DNA of 64,000 nucleotides from Zootoca vivipara (GCF_963506605.1 NC_083284.1:30194001-30258000); one strand, 5' to 3'; positions 13,550-27,827 are shown, numbered from the stretch's first letter. The notes: generated by a model not told the origin, from the letters alone. A program made the numbers and translations.

Positions 13550-13940
13550 CGCATTTGTCAGCTGTATATCAGCAGTATTTTCTTCGGTGGGCACAAGCTC
13601 AGAGCTGATAAAAGCTGCCTTGTCATTGTAACTCTCTCTGAATTATTTCAGAGGACAAGGTGGCAGTTGCCTTATTGCTCACATGGACAGCCAGGGTGGC
13701 CTCATTTTTGTGCAACCTAATAATTTGTTCCCAGCAAAGCGGTGCATGTCATTATTTAGTTCAACCACCAATTCCTTTTATCCGGCAGCGGCTGCAAATA
13801 ATGAACTGCTGAATGTTTTAATGGCTCTTTATATAACCCCTTTGAAGAGTTTGGAGAGCATTTACCAGGGTGGCAATGGAGGCATCATATTTAAAGGTAT
13901 TCACAACACTGACATTGTTTTTTGTGGTATTAATGACAAA
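13550..13940. promoter_or_regulatory. Candidate conserved non-coding element
   Basis: Repeated TGTCA/TGACA, TAAT and AGATAA-type motifs in TE-free sequence. Inference only. Confidence 0.4.
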
Positions 13941-16900
13941 GATAATAAAGCTGAGTGAGCACAATTCTACCCTTTTGTGCTCTCTGGACTGTATAAATCC
14001 ACTGACGCTCACTTCTTAAAAACCAGGGCAAAAGGACTGTGGTTTTCCTCATCCCATCTTCCTGCCGCTTCACAGAAGGGAACACTTGCACCATTTAAAA
14101 TCATACCAGAGAAGATGAGGAGATCCTTATTCTTTCCAAAAGTGTGTACCACCAGTGTACTTGAGGCTGCGTTCAGATGTGAGGTTTATCGTTGTGGTTA
14201 CAACATTAGCGCTCCTCTCCTGGTTTCTAATGTTCCTTTTACACCTATCGCATTATGGGATTACGGTTTTTTCCTTACTATATCACCACATTATACTAAA
14301 CTTAAACGTTCACGCCATGAATGAATTACATTGCAAAGCTGCAGTTTCCCAAGTTAAGGGTTGCAGGTGGATTTATGGAAACAGTTAACATGGAAACTTC
14401 CATTTGATTTCCCAAGATTTCCAGAAGTGGATTTCACATTGTGTGAAAGATCATTTAAAATACAGAAATTAACAGGTAAGGAAATATTGGGAAGATGGAA
14501 TAAAGTGTTGTCCGAATCAGCCTAAGCTTTCACTGATGGGGTGGGGAACATTTTTGGCTTGGCAGGCAATATCGTTCACTCTTCCTCTCCCACAGGCCAA
14601 CTCTCAGAGGTGGGCAGGACCACACACCTATCAGTCATCTGATATCGTGGTGATGTCAGGTGACTGGTCCTATCTGTCAAAGTCGACCCACAGGGATGGG
14701 TAGGAGGGGTCAGCTTTGCCAGTGATTTCCTTTCAAGGAACGCATTGGTGAAACAGCACTCAGCAAGTTTGATGTTCATGTAATTTTGTTTCATTGAAAT
14801 AATAATGATTTTTTTCAGCCGTGTGTTTGCAATCGTGATGGTATTTGAAGAATTAAACTTTAAGTGTGTAGTCAAGTTACATTTCAAGTAAGAGTGAAAC
14901 CGGCAAGCCCCCCCCCCCCGGGCTTAATAATATCAGTACTGGGACTGGAGAAAACTACCCTGCCTTCTAATGCCAAATTAAGAGAGAGATTTGAAATGAA
15001 AGGTCACTGCTCTATAATCGTTACTCTTTGTCTATGTACCAGTTATCTTAAAGACAATACATTACTGTCACTATTGTTGCTGGCTGTAGAGTGTCTGTGC
15101 TATCTCTTATTGATTATAGAACCTCACGTTGCATTTTTCTTATGACTGAAACCAATCTTAAGGTTCAGTCAAAATACTTCTCTTGCTTTGGTAGCGTTCC
15201 TATCTTTAATGGAATGCTTCTTTTTTTAAGAATTAGAAGTTGCTTGCGTCAGGCATTGATTTTTTGCTGTGTTGCTTTGTGAGATACTTTATTCAGCTGA
15301 ACTGAGCATTTTTACAAACAACGTGGGTGATACTTCCAGTTGTCAGTTCCACATGCCCTCTGTTGTCAGGCTGCAACAGCCTTATGTGAGTGATGACCTG
15401 AGCAGGATCTGAAATGTTGACCTCAAGTTGAAAGGGCTTGTATCCCATTGCAAACTTCACAGCTCCTCCACTCTTCATACCAAGCCTTAAAAAAAGGGAA
15501 AGAAGTGATGCAGCTGGATCAACATTAAAACAATTAATAGCAAAGTACACGAGTCCCAATAAGATTCAGATTGAGAAAACTGCAAAAACCACTTAAAACT
15601 TCAATCAAAATTTATTGAAAATGACATCAACTTAAAATCCATTGATTTCATTGGGTGTTTTTTGAGACTTAGCTGGATATCATCCTTAGGATGATATATG
15701 ACATGAGTCAGACTCAGAGCAGACTTGCTGCAATCAATGGATTTAGGTAGCCTTATAGACTTCAGTGGGTCTTGTGTGAGACTTAGATATCATCCATCTT
15801 GTTTAGTTTGAGTACCTATCAATCTTATATGAACCAATGTTAGAAACTCAGGTATATAAGCTAGGTGCCAATTGGTGCCTTAAACTAGGGTTACAGTTGC
15901 CCAAACGGAATGCCTAGTTGCCATTTTTGGGTCAGACTGTTTGAGAGTCATATTATTCAAAACAACTTTTTGGTTCCTGAAATTCATTCTGATTGTGCAG
16001 ATAAAATATAACAGATAGAATTCCACAGGATGTGTTGCTAGTGTGTGAAAACAGTCAAGAACCAAGGATCCCCAGGCATGCACCTCCAGATGGTAGAGAC
16101 ACCAGGCAAAATCCTGGTGCCTAGGAAGCTTCACTTGTTTGCAAGTGGCTGATAGGTGCAAAATGTGCCTGGTGCCTAGTACATTTTGGATGCTGATATG
16201 AACATAACCTGATATCAAGTAGCTATGATTATGCGTGAGTTTGCTGCAGGTTCCATAGACACAAACATTTTGGAGTGTGGTGGAAGATGCTCCTAAGCAC
16301 ACTTTCCTGGGGTAAGCCCCATTGAGCAGTGGGGAAATTAGCTCTTCCATTAGCAAGGATTGTGCATAAGGACCTCTGAGCACAAGTACTAATTTCCAAA
16401 TAATAATAAGAGATTTTGTACTAGGCAAGATCTCAAAGCATTGTAGGTCATCAAAGCATACCCTGGAAGAGATTAGAAAAAGTAGACTACAACAAAGGAA
16501 AAAATCCACAGTAAGTTGTAAGAATTCGCAGTGACTGATTTTCAACTGAATAGGTCTTTATTGCTTACCTTGTAATGTCTCCCCTTATGCTTTCATACAT
16601 TTGAACTGTTTGTTTAGCTTGTGATTTTTGGCATCCCTCAAACCTTTCTTGAGTCGCTGCAGAAAGCGTTTGAAGGGGAACTTTGCTAGGCTTCCCCCAA
16701 TAGTTTTGCATGGGTTTTCTTGGGCTGCAGGTGTGTTATGCTGCATGGAAGAGGGGAAGCAGATGAAAGTGAAAGCACTGGGAAATGGTACTGAGACCAG
16801 CTGTGAAATTCCCTCGAGCTGGGCTGGAAAAAAGTAATGTCGGATGTCTGACATCCTTGTTTTTAACATGCTTTATTTTCATTTTGATTCCTTATCTTTG

Positions 16901-18299
16901 CAGTTCAATCCTTTATATGAGCAGCCAATAAAAACAATAGTCAAACTTGATAAGTTGGAAAAAGCATATGTTAAGCAAGGTAAGTCAGGGGAAAGTATTC
17001 AGTTCCCATCTGTAGTTTTACTAAACTATTGTGTGTAAGTGAGTAAAGGAATTGGTCCTGTTTGCAGAGGCTGCTGTGTAAATGCTCATCTTCTGTAGTT
17101 CTTGCTTAATCGTGTGTGTGTGTGCGCGCGCATGTGCGCGCAATGGAAAACCTGTAGTGTCTGTTGTATCACCTTTATCAGCAGATTTTTACTGGAGTCT
17201 CCATCTCACTCTGTTCTGCTTGGCATGTTGCAGAACTTGCCAGGAACTCTAATTCAAAGTCTAAGCATAAAAATGATAATACTACGTATCATAAGATTTC
17301 TCCTGTTAAGCAATTTAGTCTTCTGTATTCCCATCTGTCTTCAATCTCCACAGTACAGTTTCATTTATTAAGTTTAGTTTATTAGATTTATTCATCGCTT
17401 CTCACAGCCAAAGGAAATCCCAAAGCGACGTACAAAAAGAATAAAATATCAAAATACAGTCTGTAGGATATACTCATTAAAACAGTCGAAATGGACACCT
17501 CCAGATCGCCTCCTTTTTCAGTATTCATCCTGATTTGTTTGCATACAAAAAGATGCCCATTTTTTATTGAACATTCTTCCTGATTTATTTGCGCAAAGGT
17601 CAATCGGATGTTATCCCACACTTTCTAGTGCGGTTTCCCATTCCTTGCTCCAAAAGCAGATTGTTATGCTGGAGCACTTGAATCCACTTTAACTGCAGAA
17701 ACCCAAATTTGCTGGTATGGCACTGAATCCTCGCAAAAGAGCAGTGAGCTGGAGGGCTCTGTGATGTAAAAGGCTTCATCCACAAAATCACTTAAACAGA
17801 GATACCCACCCCCAGCTGGATGAATACCAAAATATAGCCACTAAAAATAGAACCATTATTGTTGACTAAATGCTTGAGAGAATAAATATTTGCCAGGCAC
17901 AGAAAGCTTGCAATAGTGGCACCAGGCAAGCTTCTATGGGGAAAAGCTCAAAAGTGATGCAAAAGGCCACTTTTTTGTCACAGAATCCTTGTAACAGTCA
18001 CTATGCTTTGCATTAAAAAAAAATCTCTACAGACATTGATCATAGAGCGACTTAATTAAAACACCTTCCTCTCTCTATATATATTCCCAAATGATTTGAT
18101 ATTTGTGGGGTTTCACCCCGTAAAGAATTATTTACTAAACTATTGAATTTCTGTTATTAGGGAGAAAACAGGAAAAATTGCTTACATATGAGGAAAAGTT
18201 ATCAAGAAAGAAAGTGTCCCCACACCCACTTTTCTGATGTTCTTGTTACTATACCAAATGATAAGACTTCCTTCCTCCCATTGAGCTTTAGAAAACATT

Positions 18300-18303
<4 letters not shown>

Positions 18304-18355
<52 letters not shown>
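18304..18355. repeat. (AG)n microsatellite
   Basis: Directly visible. Confidence 0.95.
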
Positions 18356-18361
<6 letters not shown>

Positions 18362-18999
18362 ATTTCTGTAGAACTTTAGAAGGCCAATGAAAAATTGAAG
18401 TCAAAGATTAGCCTTAATCTTCCCTTTCCCCTTAGGAGAAGCTATTTCTTTCAATTGGAAAACAATATTTCCTCCTTTCCTCAAAATCCCCAACTGCAAC
18501 CAAAGGGGCTAAATTAAATGGCATCAAATATGGCCTGTAGCTCTGGACCTCTAACACAAATGAGCCTAGTTTATATTCCCCAATTTGAAACCTGCCGTGA
18601 TACATTGATCTTTATCTTTCAGATTCTTGTGCAGCAAGGTTATTGCTATCACATATTAAATTTCTCACAAATTGGAGGAAGGCTGCTTTTGCTCATCTTG
18701 TTTGGGTTGGGAAGGGGAAGAGAGAGGTGTGTCAAATGAATCCAGCACAAGCAATGGGCTGAGGTCACAGAGAGGTGCTGTCATGGAGAACAGCAGGGCC
18801 CCATTTTTATTGAGGCTGTCATCTGTAATGCTCTGTGAACAATGGTTAATCTAGTCCTGCTATTCCTAACAGTACTTGAATAAAAATGGTTTTATAATAT
18901 TTGATCTTGCTGGCATTTTAAATGAATCGTTTATATTGCTTTATATTAAACCACTTGGAAGTTGATTAAAATGATATAAAATTAGTTAGGTTCAAAACC

Positions 19000-19253
19000 C
19001 TCTAGTGGGTAGGACCCAAACCAATGGATTCAAATTATAGGAAATGAGATCCTGACCAGGCATTAGGAAGAACTTTGTAATGGTAAGAGCTTTCTGATAG
19101 TGGAACAAACTTCCTCGGGCAGCGGTAAACTCTCCTTCATTGGAGGTTTTTAAGCAGAAGTTGGATGGCCACCTGGCAGGGATTCTTTAGCTGTGATTCC
19201 TGCATTTCAGGGGGTTTGACTAAGTGACCCTTGGGATCCCTTCCTTCTGTGTA
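19000..19253 (+). mobile_element. CR1 LINE 3' fragment (tail interrupted by the solo LTR)
   Basis: Degenerate ORF2 end (attaggaagaacttt, gaggtttttaagcagaagttggat) and CR1 3'UTR cctgcatttcagggggtttgac...cccttcc. Confidence 0.85.
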
Positions 19254-19731
19254 TGTCAGGGGGACTCCCTACAGGGACCCACCCCCAGTCATCCTGATCA
19301 GCACTTCGCCCAGTGACAGCGCTAGCAGTGGGTCAGGAGGAGGGAATGAGGAATGGAGCGGAGTGAGGGGGCTCCGAGACGTGTCAGAGCCTCGGCACCT
19401 ACCTAGCTGGCCAGAGGGGGAGGGACAGCTCATCAAGGTGTCAGAGCCTCGGCAACACTCCAGCCAAAGGACGGGAGAAGGTACGCAGCCCCTTCCGGTG
19501 CCCGAATTGAGGTGCGCGCCCACACGTAGGGCTAGGGGGCGGCGGTTTGGGGTGCCCAGGCTTTTATGCTGGTCCAAGACGCGACGGAAGCCATTGCCGG
19601 GTTCTGAATCGGACTAGGCAGTCATGTTTTCTGATGTCTCTGCACTGTAAATAATATGCACAATAAAGCTCTTAAAGACAGAGCAGATTGGAGCATCTTT
19701 ACTCGAGAGTAGCCGCAACAATCCCCTGACA
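19254..19731 (+). mobile_element. Solo LTR (478 bp, probably Gypsy/ERV type) inserted in a CR1 tail
   Basis: TG...CA ends with 9-bp inverted termini tgtcagggg/cccctgaca. AATAAA at 19662-19667. Flanks gtgta/gtata (5-bp TSD, 1 mismatch). GC-rich. Confidence 0.8.
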
Positions 19732-22464
19732 GTATAATTCTTTGAAATACCTACAGTGAATTAACAACTGGGCAGTAAATTTCAGGTGTAGTGCATTCAA
19801 AATTTCACCAAAATTCTGCTCTTAAGTAATGAAAGGCACCCATTACTTTCAGCAAACAGGAATGTATTCTGTTCTTTGACGTAGGCAAAAGAATAGTGTT
19901 GGTTTGGGGTAGGGTGGGGTGGCCATGCTCTCTGCTTCACAGGGGACAGCCTTTGGTGTAAAGAGCTGTTAGAGGATAGGTAATTCTGTATTTGAAGGGC
20001 TGTCTAATCCAAGTCTGGTTTAAAGATTTAAAAACCCATAAGAATAAAAAACAGGGGCCTTGGAATTGCTCATCGAAAGCTCACACCTGAACAACAGACT
20101 GAGCTGCTCACATTCAGCTACTCACAGTTTTGTCCACTGTGGTGAGATGTGTATTTCTCTTTAAATTGTATTAATGATGCCCAAATTTAGCATGTGCCAG
20201 TCAATATACCTGCTTTGGCAATGTTGGTGTCTGCCTGCCTGTCTGTATGTCTGTCTGTCTGTATGTAATGCAAGCCATATTTATGCATCTGCAACTGTTG
20301 TAGCCTATTGGAAAGCTGCTGTGAGAATTAGGCTGCTTTTAAAAATATAGGCAGGGATAGTATATTACCAAGAGATTGTTTGTAAAGTGCTGATAAATAT
20401 CTCAAGATAATGTTATTGGTAACGTTACCAGTATTTATTTTAGTACGGTATGATATGTAACTACCCAAGTCTCTGGGTTCAAAAAGGCACATTTCCTGTT
20501 CTGGCATATACCTGACACCAAGAATCCTTAGTAGATAGATGAGGTTTCTTCTTCTGTAAGATTAGAGTAGTTCATCATCTTTGCCTTACCTAAATAAATT
20601 GCTTTGAATTTCAGGGCCATGATACGTAAAATAATTGTGGGTTGCATCTAACTTGATTCCATTGAGGGTAGACCCCCTGATATTAATGGACCTATATTAC
20701 AGCTCAATCCTTACTATGACTACTCTGAAGTAACTTCTGTTAAACCTATTGGAGCTTACTCCAAGGTATGTAGAGGCAGGATTCCAGCCTCAGTAATGCC
20801 TATTAATTTCAAAGGGTCTTCTGTGAGTATTAATAACATTGGCCACAGTCTTTTTGAAATGCATTATTTCAAAGATTAATCTTTAAAGGCTATTCTTTTT
20901 CTAAATCACCATTTCTATTCCACAAAGTTTTTCATTTTGATTGAATTTTACCATATTAACAGCAGGGGAAAAATAAACCTATTGCGAGTTCAAAGGGATA
21001 TAACCACCTGGAGAAGGATTCATTTATGCTTGATATTTTAAGGTTGGATATCGTCATTATGATCTACTCAGCACTCCCTTTAATAGCAAACTCAGATGGA
21101 GAGTCCTGACAGAAATGGAGCCAAAACAAGGCCACTGAGGAACAGGAGGGAGATATCTACAGTACCAGTACATGTTTGGGGAATCCTGAGGTCTGCAGAA
21201 GTATTACTACTAACACTACTACAGATGTAAGAAAGCATCAATTTCCATTCCGACCTGTGTTCTTCAGGTGTAGTGCCGTTTCCATTCCAATGAAGTTTGG
21301 CTTCCAACAAATGCTAAATTAATCATCTTAATGTGACAGAATTTTACATAGTTCGCATAAAATCAGAGAAGATAACAATACAGCACAGTAAAAACTTAAG
21401 TAAATATGTGGAGATTCAGAGACGGAGAGGTGGATTCTTCAACAAATATTTCCATCCAGATGTCAAATGTTTAAGAGCAATACAAAACGAAAACTTAGAG
21501 TAGGTTCTTTATACTGCTATTAAAACTATCTGTAGCTGTGTATAGGGTATGTTTGTAAATCTCCTTGAGACCCATGTAAAAAATGATTAAAAAATCAGTC
21601 AATACTAATATAAATAACTGTTATTTAAATTAGATATATACATGTATTAGAATCTAGTTAGGGGAGCCATAAGCGTGAATTTGGGAAATGTCACTCTGAC
21701 GCTTCACAATATAGCTTTCTCTTCTACCATATTTTTTTAATGGCTAAAAACTATTAATGGTAGTACTGTAGTTCAGATTCTCAGGGGAAGTCAGAAATTA
21801 TCATTGAGAATCTTTCTATCAGTTATCAGTTAAACACATCACTGATAACAATTTAAGCACTCATGTAACTTTGACAATATTATTTTTACATAATATTTAC
21901 AGGTGCACACATTTTCTTGGAAATTATGCCCCATTATCTGATGTGGAAGCTGTGAACATTAAACAATAGGAACTAACCGCTATGGATGATGAAGGAATGC
22001 TCACTTCATTAATGAGTTCCAGGAAGCTATAGATTAGTGACTGGGGAAATTAGGTTCATTTAGTGCCAATGAGAGCTGTGTCTGCTTTTCACCTTTTCTC
22101 ATGAGAAAGCTGTAAGGGAAGGTAATCCACCAGCAGCTGTGGCATGTCTGGTTTTAAATCCACTTACTCTGAGACTCTCGAGTGTTTGAGAATTCGTTTC
22201 CTAACAGCTTCTTGGGAAAGCTGCACATTTCTCAGTAAGCAAACAAAAGGAATGTATACAACTGCAGCCCTAAATTGCTATTGTCACACATTTATTCACA
22301 GGGCTAATTAAAATTACCGTACTTTACTGTGTGAGAGACAAACTCATTCTCTGTGAAATAATACGTTAGAAGCCACCTTTGTGAATACATGCTTGTACAT
22401 AGAGGTTTCATTACCTACTGAGATTCAGAGCTCGTTCAGATGTAATGATCTCAATCTTGGACCA

Positions 22465-22752
22465 GGTTTATAGCTCACTCAGTAGAGCACAAGACTCTTA
22501 ATCTCAGGGTTGTGGCTTCGAGCCCCACATTGGGCAAAAGATTGATGCATTGCAGGGGACTGGTCTAGATCAGGCTTCCTCAACCTTGGCCCTCCAGAAA
22601 TTTTGAGACTACAGTTCCCATCATCCCTGACCACTGGTCCTGCTAGCTAGGAATCATGGGAGTTGTAGGCCAAAAGCATCTGGAGGGCCGAGGTTGAGGA
22701 AGCCTGGTCTAGATGACTCGCATGGTTCCTTCCAACTCTACAATTCTATGAT
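22465..22752 (+). mobile_element. Second tRNA-Lys/CR1 SINE, interrupted by a hAT MITE
   Basis: tagctcactcagtagagcacaagactcttaatctcagggttgtggcttcgagccccac; the CR1 tail resumes after 22714. Confidence 0.82.
22571..22706. mobile_element. hAT MITE (~136 bp)
   Basis: TIRs caggcttcctcaacct/aggttgaggaagcctg; perfect 8-bp TSD gtctagat. Confidence 0.92.
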
Positions 22753-23395
22753 AAACCATGGTTCCCCCTTCCCTCCTTCCTTTCTTCCATGTTATTTAAT
22801 GCAATACTTCAATGCTTTCTTAATCTATAGTTGTTTGATCCTAGGTTGCAAGCCTGGATTGTAAGAGTTTAAACCACAGTTTGTTGGTTCAGATGTAATG
22901 GGAAACCGTGCTTTAATAAAGCCCAGATGTCTCTTGCATTAAGGTATGCAAGAGAAGGAAAATAGGGATCGGAGAGGAAATAAACTGTGGTTATTGCATT
23001 GAGTTCATTACATTAGTCTGTGGGGCTGGGGCAGTGCAAGCAGAGCAGCATTACACACCAGCCTTTTGCACATGGAGTGTTGCTACCAGTTCCCGGGGGT
23101 GGGGACAGCACAGGGAGTTCAGCACAGTGCAGGCCACAGTAGCATGCGTCTTGGATTATAATTGATGTGTTTGCCATCCTGGGCTCCTTTGGGAGGAAGG
23201 GCAGGGTACAAATTGAATAAATATAAATATGCAACTCAATAGGGCTTGCTTATGAGTAGGCATGGCTAGGTCCATGCTGCTTGCCTCTTATCCTCACAGT
23301 TTGGTGCTAAACCAGGCTTCCTCAAACGTAGCCCAGAATATACTTCAAATGTGATTTAAAGGTATAGGTGTGTATACAGTGTCAAGAGGCTACAC

Positions 23396-23530
23396 CAGGC
23401 ATAGGCAAACTCGGCCCTCCAGTTGTTTTTGGCCTACAACTCCCATCATCCCTAGCTAACAGGACCAGTGGTCAGGGATGATGGGAATTGTAGCCCAAAA
23501 CATCTGGAGGGCCTAGTTTGCCTATGCCTG
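23396..23530. mobile_element. hAT MITE, same family, flanked by an inverted duplication instead of a TSD
   Basis: TIRs caggcataggcaaact/agtttgcctatgcctg; interior homologous to 22571-22706. Confidence 0.9.
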
Positions 23531-26507
23531 GTGTAGCCTCTTGACACTGTATACACACTATACCTTTAAATCACATTTGAAGTATATTCTTTCCCTCAAA
23601 GATTTATGGGCACTGCAGTTTATACATCACAGGGGTTCAATCCCCAGGAACTCTTAACAAACTATGGTGCCTAGAATTCTTTGAGGGGGGAAATGTCTTT
23701 TAAAGGTATCGTGTGTACACTAGTTCTCTGCCTCTCTCCCCCTTCTGCCAGCCTAGCATCTAATGTGTATTTGTGACCAGTGGCTGTAAATGTGCAGTAA
23801 GAATGATGGCAGAAGTATAGTAAAATGAAGACATAACTGTAATCTGGGATGTTTGGGTATTAAGCCCAAGGCAGTGAGTTTGTGTTTCATAGTTGGGGGG
23901 GGGGCATTAATGTTCAAGGGTTAGCTTATGGTTCCTGAAGCACAGCCCCAAATGGGTCGCAGATGTGTTTGCAGAAGGCTTGCCAGATGCCAAAATGAAA
24001 GCTTTAGGAATTTACCTAAATGCCAATAGCATATCTTCTCATTGCTGACTGGCCATTGCATGAACTGAAGGTTATTGAAACACACACGGTTCTCTTGCTA
24101 CAAGCCCGGGGTTCTGAATCTCTTTTTAAAAACACAGAGAGTCACCCATAGGCACAAACTCTTTTAGTGTTAAAATAATCACCAGAGGAAGGAAGACTTT
24201 TTCAAAGGAAACAATAAGCCTACAGTACAGTTTTATTTCTGAGTACCTCTTTGCTCTTCATTTTTTCAACAACAACCCTGGATTCCGCCTATTTAAGTGA
24301 TTTTAATATTATCTTGGAATACTAGTTTCTTTATGACATATTAAAGAAATGGCAGCTTGACCAGATATTATTTTCCAACCTGGTGCCTTTATGAAAAAGA
24401 ATAAGAATAAACAACTTCTTATACCCTGTCCCAGTCGCTCTGGGTGACTTCCAAAAACAATACAAAGAAAACAAAAAAAAAGAAAAAAAGAATGTTTTGG
24501 TTCACAAATAGTCAAACACATCTGGAGGCTGCCAGGTTTGTGAAGCAAGATGTATCTTCATGGGGAAGGGCCATAGCTCAAATCTCTGTCTGAAACCCTG
24601 GAGAGCTGTAGCTTATCAGTTGGAGAACAGCTGTCCCTAACCTGGTGCCCTCCAAACTACAAGTCACATCAGCCCCAGCTAGCCAGTGGTCAAGGGTTTT
24701 ATAGCCCAACAAATACACAGGCTGACTTGATAAAAGGCATAAATTGGGTGAATAGTTTGGCTATTATCTAAAATATTGTCATAGATGAAGGAACTATGCA
24801 GAGATCATAGTATGTGTTTAAGTTTCAATTATTTTAATTATTTCTTGATTTATCATAACATATGGCTCCCAAGGGGCTTGCAAGGAAACCCCTACTACCC
24901 ATTGTTTGTACTGAAGAGCTTGCTAAAGTTTCACTGAAACAGAAGGCACCACGTATGTCTCCTGTGCCCAGTTGTCCAGAGGGGTTTACGTTTGGCTTGA
25001 AGGTTACAAAAATAAATGTGAATCAGTGTTTCTCCAATTGATTCTGCTGGCCATTTTACTGCAGATAATACTATCCACATTTCTACAGAGGAAGAAAATA
25101 TCCAAAACAACTCTTTGTAAACAGCAGAAAGCAAATAGGATGCAACAGAATTTCAAATTTTTATTACTTAGCTAATGGCCAAATCATACAAACCTACAAT
25201 AAAAAAATACCGCACCACTCAAAATATAGAATACAGAATTGTAGAGTTGGACGAGATCCCAAGGGTCAGCTAGTCCAACCTCTTGCAATGCAGGAATATG
25301 CAGCTGTCCCATTCAGGGATCAAAGATTATAGACAGAGGCTCTGAGATTACATTCACTACCTCCTTTAGTACCCTTGGATACAGCTCATCATGTGTTAGA
25401 AATTTGAATTAATTTAAAGTAGATAGATGTTCCCTTACCAGGTCTTTTTATCATGGTGTTTAGTGTTTGTGTGTGTGTTGCAACTACATACTAAAAAGAA
25501 AGTCTAAGAAATGGTTTTGTAGCTGTTAAAATCCTCACAGCCTTACCATGATAAGGAGAGACATACCCCCACCTCCTGACATCCCAGCTACCCTTCCTCT
25601 AACATGTGGTGCTGACTGAAAACAGAACCAACCTCTTCTTGCTGGGCCTGGCCAGCCACAATGATCAGAAACGGTTCATATGTTGTCACTCACACTTGTT
25701 TCAGCAGTCTGTCAATAACCGACGTTTTAAAAGATCGAAACTGGTCCAAGTGAAACAAAATGGTGCCCACAATGGTGCTGGCTTACATTCTTCTGAAATG
25801 TAGCACCCAAACCCCCTTGCCTCCCATCTCTCACACACAGTGTAAATAATGAGGAACTTTTACTGCTCTCAAACTTGGCTGACTTTCAGCCATTGTGTCC
25901 TACGTGTTGTCTAACCGCATTGAACATCACATCTTGTGGTGCATATCTGCATAGAGAGAAAGCCACAAAGGTGCTAAAGCCTACAAAATTCTGCCAGCCC
26001 GCCCCCCGATTTTGCTTTGTAATGGTTGTGTACTATTTCTTTATTTGCATTGTCCTAGACTTCTGAAAAACACAACATGAATGGATTTTTTTTGGGGGGG
26101 GGCATTTCCCACCTCAGACTGAACTCCAATGTATCTTGGCATAGTAAAATATCCCAAAACAAAGCCATGTGTGTTGGGTCAGAAGAAGATACATAAATCT
26201 ACTTTTCTGGATCAGTTTTTCTGTGAAAAAGCCATGGGATTTTTTTTTAGAAAAATTCCAATGTATGAATGTTGTATTGGGCAAAGAAAAGCGCACCATA
26301 ATGGAAAAATAAGCAGATTTCTGGATACATCTCTTTTCCCCGGTCTATTTTTGGTTTTCAAAAGGAAAACTATCTATGTACTTAAACTTGCATCACCAAT
26401 TCAGTAATTAATCAGGAGGAGGAACCTCCAACAGGTGACATTGGCTAGGGCACAAAAAGTACCTCTTAATGGAAAGCTGAGGGATTTGGGGGGTATTTTT
26501 GTGTGTA

Positions 26508-26590
26508 CAGTGGTACCTCGGTTTATGAACACAATTGGTTCCGGAGCGTTCATAAACTGAAGCTAACTTTCCCATTGAAAGTAATTGAAA
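26508..26590. mobile_element. Truncated Tigger-like MITE
   Basis: TA|cagtggtacctcggtttatgaacacaattggttcc...ttcccattgaaagtaa is homologous to the 34720 element. Confidence 0.7.
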
Positions 26591-27827
26591 GTTTCTTCTG
26601 TACGGTTCTTAGCTATGCATCCCCCAATCCTACTGATTTCAAAGATGTACCTGTTCGTCTCTACAGAACTGCAGTTAAAGTCTTGTCACAGCTTATATCA
26701 GAGCCTCTCAAGACATGTACCTGACACACCAGAGACCGCTAAAATATTCATGTAGCACAGCATGTAACCCAAAGGAAGGTAGGCGTATCATTTACAAGGG
26801 CCACGGGGTGTGTAAATAAATAATGTTGGCAGCTTCCAAGTCGATTATTAAGATTCATTTTACCAACAACTGTACTCATGAAGAGAGGGGCGTTTTATAT
26901 AAAGCACTGCATTTAATTAAATAAATAAATTAGGAAACCCATTGCTGATTTTATTCATTTCTTTGGTTTAGAAATATTCACAAATGTGTGTGTTGGCAGT
27001 GCGAGAGAAGGGTGCCAGAGAGAGAGAGAGAGATTATATCCATCTGTATATGAAATGGTATGTGTCAGGTTCAATGGAAACAAATTATGATGGAATATGG
27101 TAGGTAATGACTGGACCTTAATGTGCTCAACCTACCAGTAGTAGTTAATCACTACTGTTCTACCGCAGTTTCTTCCCTTCTTGCATTCCTTCAATGATAG
27201 CTGGAAGCTAGCTCACTGATATTGTAGTTTAGTTTTTACCCTGGTGTGCTAGTTATCAAATTCCAGGGAATTTTTTGTTTGCTTGTTATAATGCGGAGCA
27301 GCATTGTGGATTTCCTGCATGTGGTCTGAAATGGTTCAGTACGGCTACCTACCTGAATCTAGTATCATTTTATTAATGCATTCTACCACCTTATTCCAAT
27401 CTGTTCATTTGTTCTATGTCTAAAATTGGCCTAACTGGCCCTTTATACTTCACTTAGTAGTCATAATGTTAGTAAGCATTCCATCACACCATAGTTCACT
27501 CAGTGGCTAGAGTAAGCATTTCCTCTCTTTAATCAGTAAAGTTATGTAATGTCACACTATTGATTCTGAGGAGGTAGGATCCTTCCCTCCTTAGAAATTT
27601 CCATGTCTAGTATATGTGTCATATTGTTTGAGGCCCATACACCTATGGTATATAGTTTGGAAAGTGGTGTTCTTTGCTATACATTTGTACTCCTCTGAAG
27701 ATATTGTAACCAAATTGTGCATGATGGTTCCTGAGATCAAAGAGAATGGGAGGGGAGGTATTGGCAGAGCTCAAGCAAGCTCATTCATGTATGAGGACTG
27801 AACCAGTAAGTTTAACCATGTCTATAA

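Noticed and set aside
15880-16545. Longest ORF in the track (221 aa, minus strand)
   Set aside because: Non-ATG start, no recognisable domain, overlaps degenerate repeats; a chance ORF.
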